Assembly: GCA_000402775.1 (NCBI GenBank)
Contig: AQSC01000059.1
Location: 4,257 to 68,256, forward strand
Reading direction: 5' to 3'
Source: Euryarchaeota archaeon SCGC AAA252-I15
Lineage (GTDB): Archaea > Altiarchaeota > Altiarchaeia > IMC4 > SCGC-AAA252-I15
DNA length: 64,000 nt
The position numbers were made by a program, and so were the translations under genes. The notes beneath the pieces were generated by a model. The model worked only from the letters and a program-made list of their open reading frames with translations. It did not search any database and was not told the DNA's origin. Shown piece by piece: positions 63,777 through 64,000 of this stretch. Each line of letters opens with the position of its first letter. Positions within the stretch are counted from its first letter, which is position 1.

Positions 63777-64000
63777 AAGCGTTTGTTGAGGTTTTACTTG
63801 TTACCCTCACCGCATATTTTTTTTTTAACTCACTTATCTGAATTCCCTCTAAAGCCTCAGCTTCAGGTAATCCAGAAACCATCGCAAGCTGAAGCGCCTG
63901 CTCTTGACTGATCAAATCCTTGTGAGAGTGAGCGTCAGTGTCAACGATAAAAGACGCACCTGCCAAAAGGCCCACTTCCGCAACATGCTTATTACCTGTA
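63745..64000 (-). CDS. PHP-domain phosphoesterase, 5'-truncated by the window edge
   Basis: The frame is open to nt 64000 (...TGNKHVAEVGLLAGASFIVDTDAHSHKDLI), matching the C-terminal PHP His/Asp motif. Could be a HisJ-type histidinol phosphatase, unproven. Confidence 0.5.
   Translation of the reverse strand, partial: TGNKHVAEVGLLAGASFIVDTDAHSHKDLISQEQALQLAMVSGLPEAEALEGIQISELKKKYAVRVTSKTSTNAFISSSSSFFS

Overview
This window is a 64-kb archaeal chromosomal segment. Archaeal or eukaryote-type information genes are read directly from the translations: Nop5, fibrillarin, Orc1/Cdc6, L7Ae, L10e, L24e, S19e, S28e, aEF-1beta, ATP-dependent DNA ligase, RNase HII, PheRS-alpha, GluRS and an archaeal-type riboflavin synthase. 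Genes are tightly packed, often with ATGA or 4-13 nt overlaps, and many starts are preceded by GGAGGTG/GAGGTGGA Shine-Dalgarno motifs. GC content looks roughly mid-40s % by eye, with strong local swings. The many lineage-specific surface proteins suggest an uncultured small-genome (DPANN-like) archaeon, but that is inference only. Housekeeping content includes a riboflavin cluster (ribB, ribC, GNAT, ribH, RibD-C reductase), glmS, dapA, lysA, hisC/hisD, a pyrimidine-salvage trio and a ribosomal-protein/ndk block. Accessory content includes a 2235-aa heavily N-glycosylation-sequon-rich surface protein (six DUF4350-like modules, Ig-like domains, NHL propeller, lamin-tail domain). It also includes two paralogous adhesin-like proteins, a five-gene envelope operon and two NurA-less HerA-like ATPases. 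The most unusual signal is non-coding. A family of short hairpin-rich sequences sits, always in the same (+) orientation, between direct duplications of the 5' ends of three unrelated genes: tRNA-Pro (19 nt), ribC (38 nt) and a trmJ-like methyltransferase (86 nt). A 290-nt hairpin array at 50600-50893 contains relatives of all three inserts. One two-hairpin module shows compensatory base changes across three copies. No CRISPR array, rRNA, transposase or integrase gene was seen. All functional calls rest on motif recognition by eye, with no database search.
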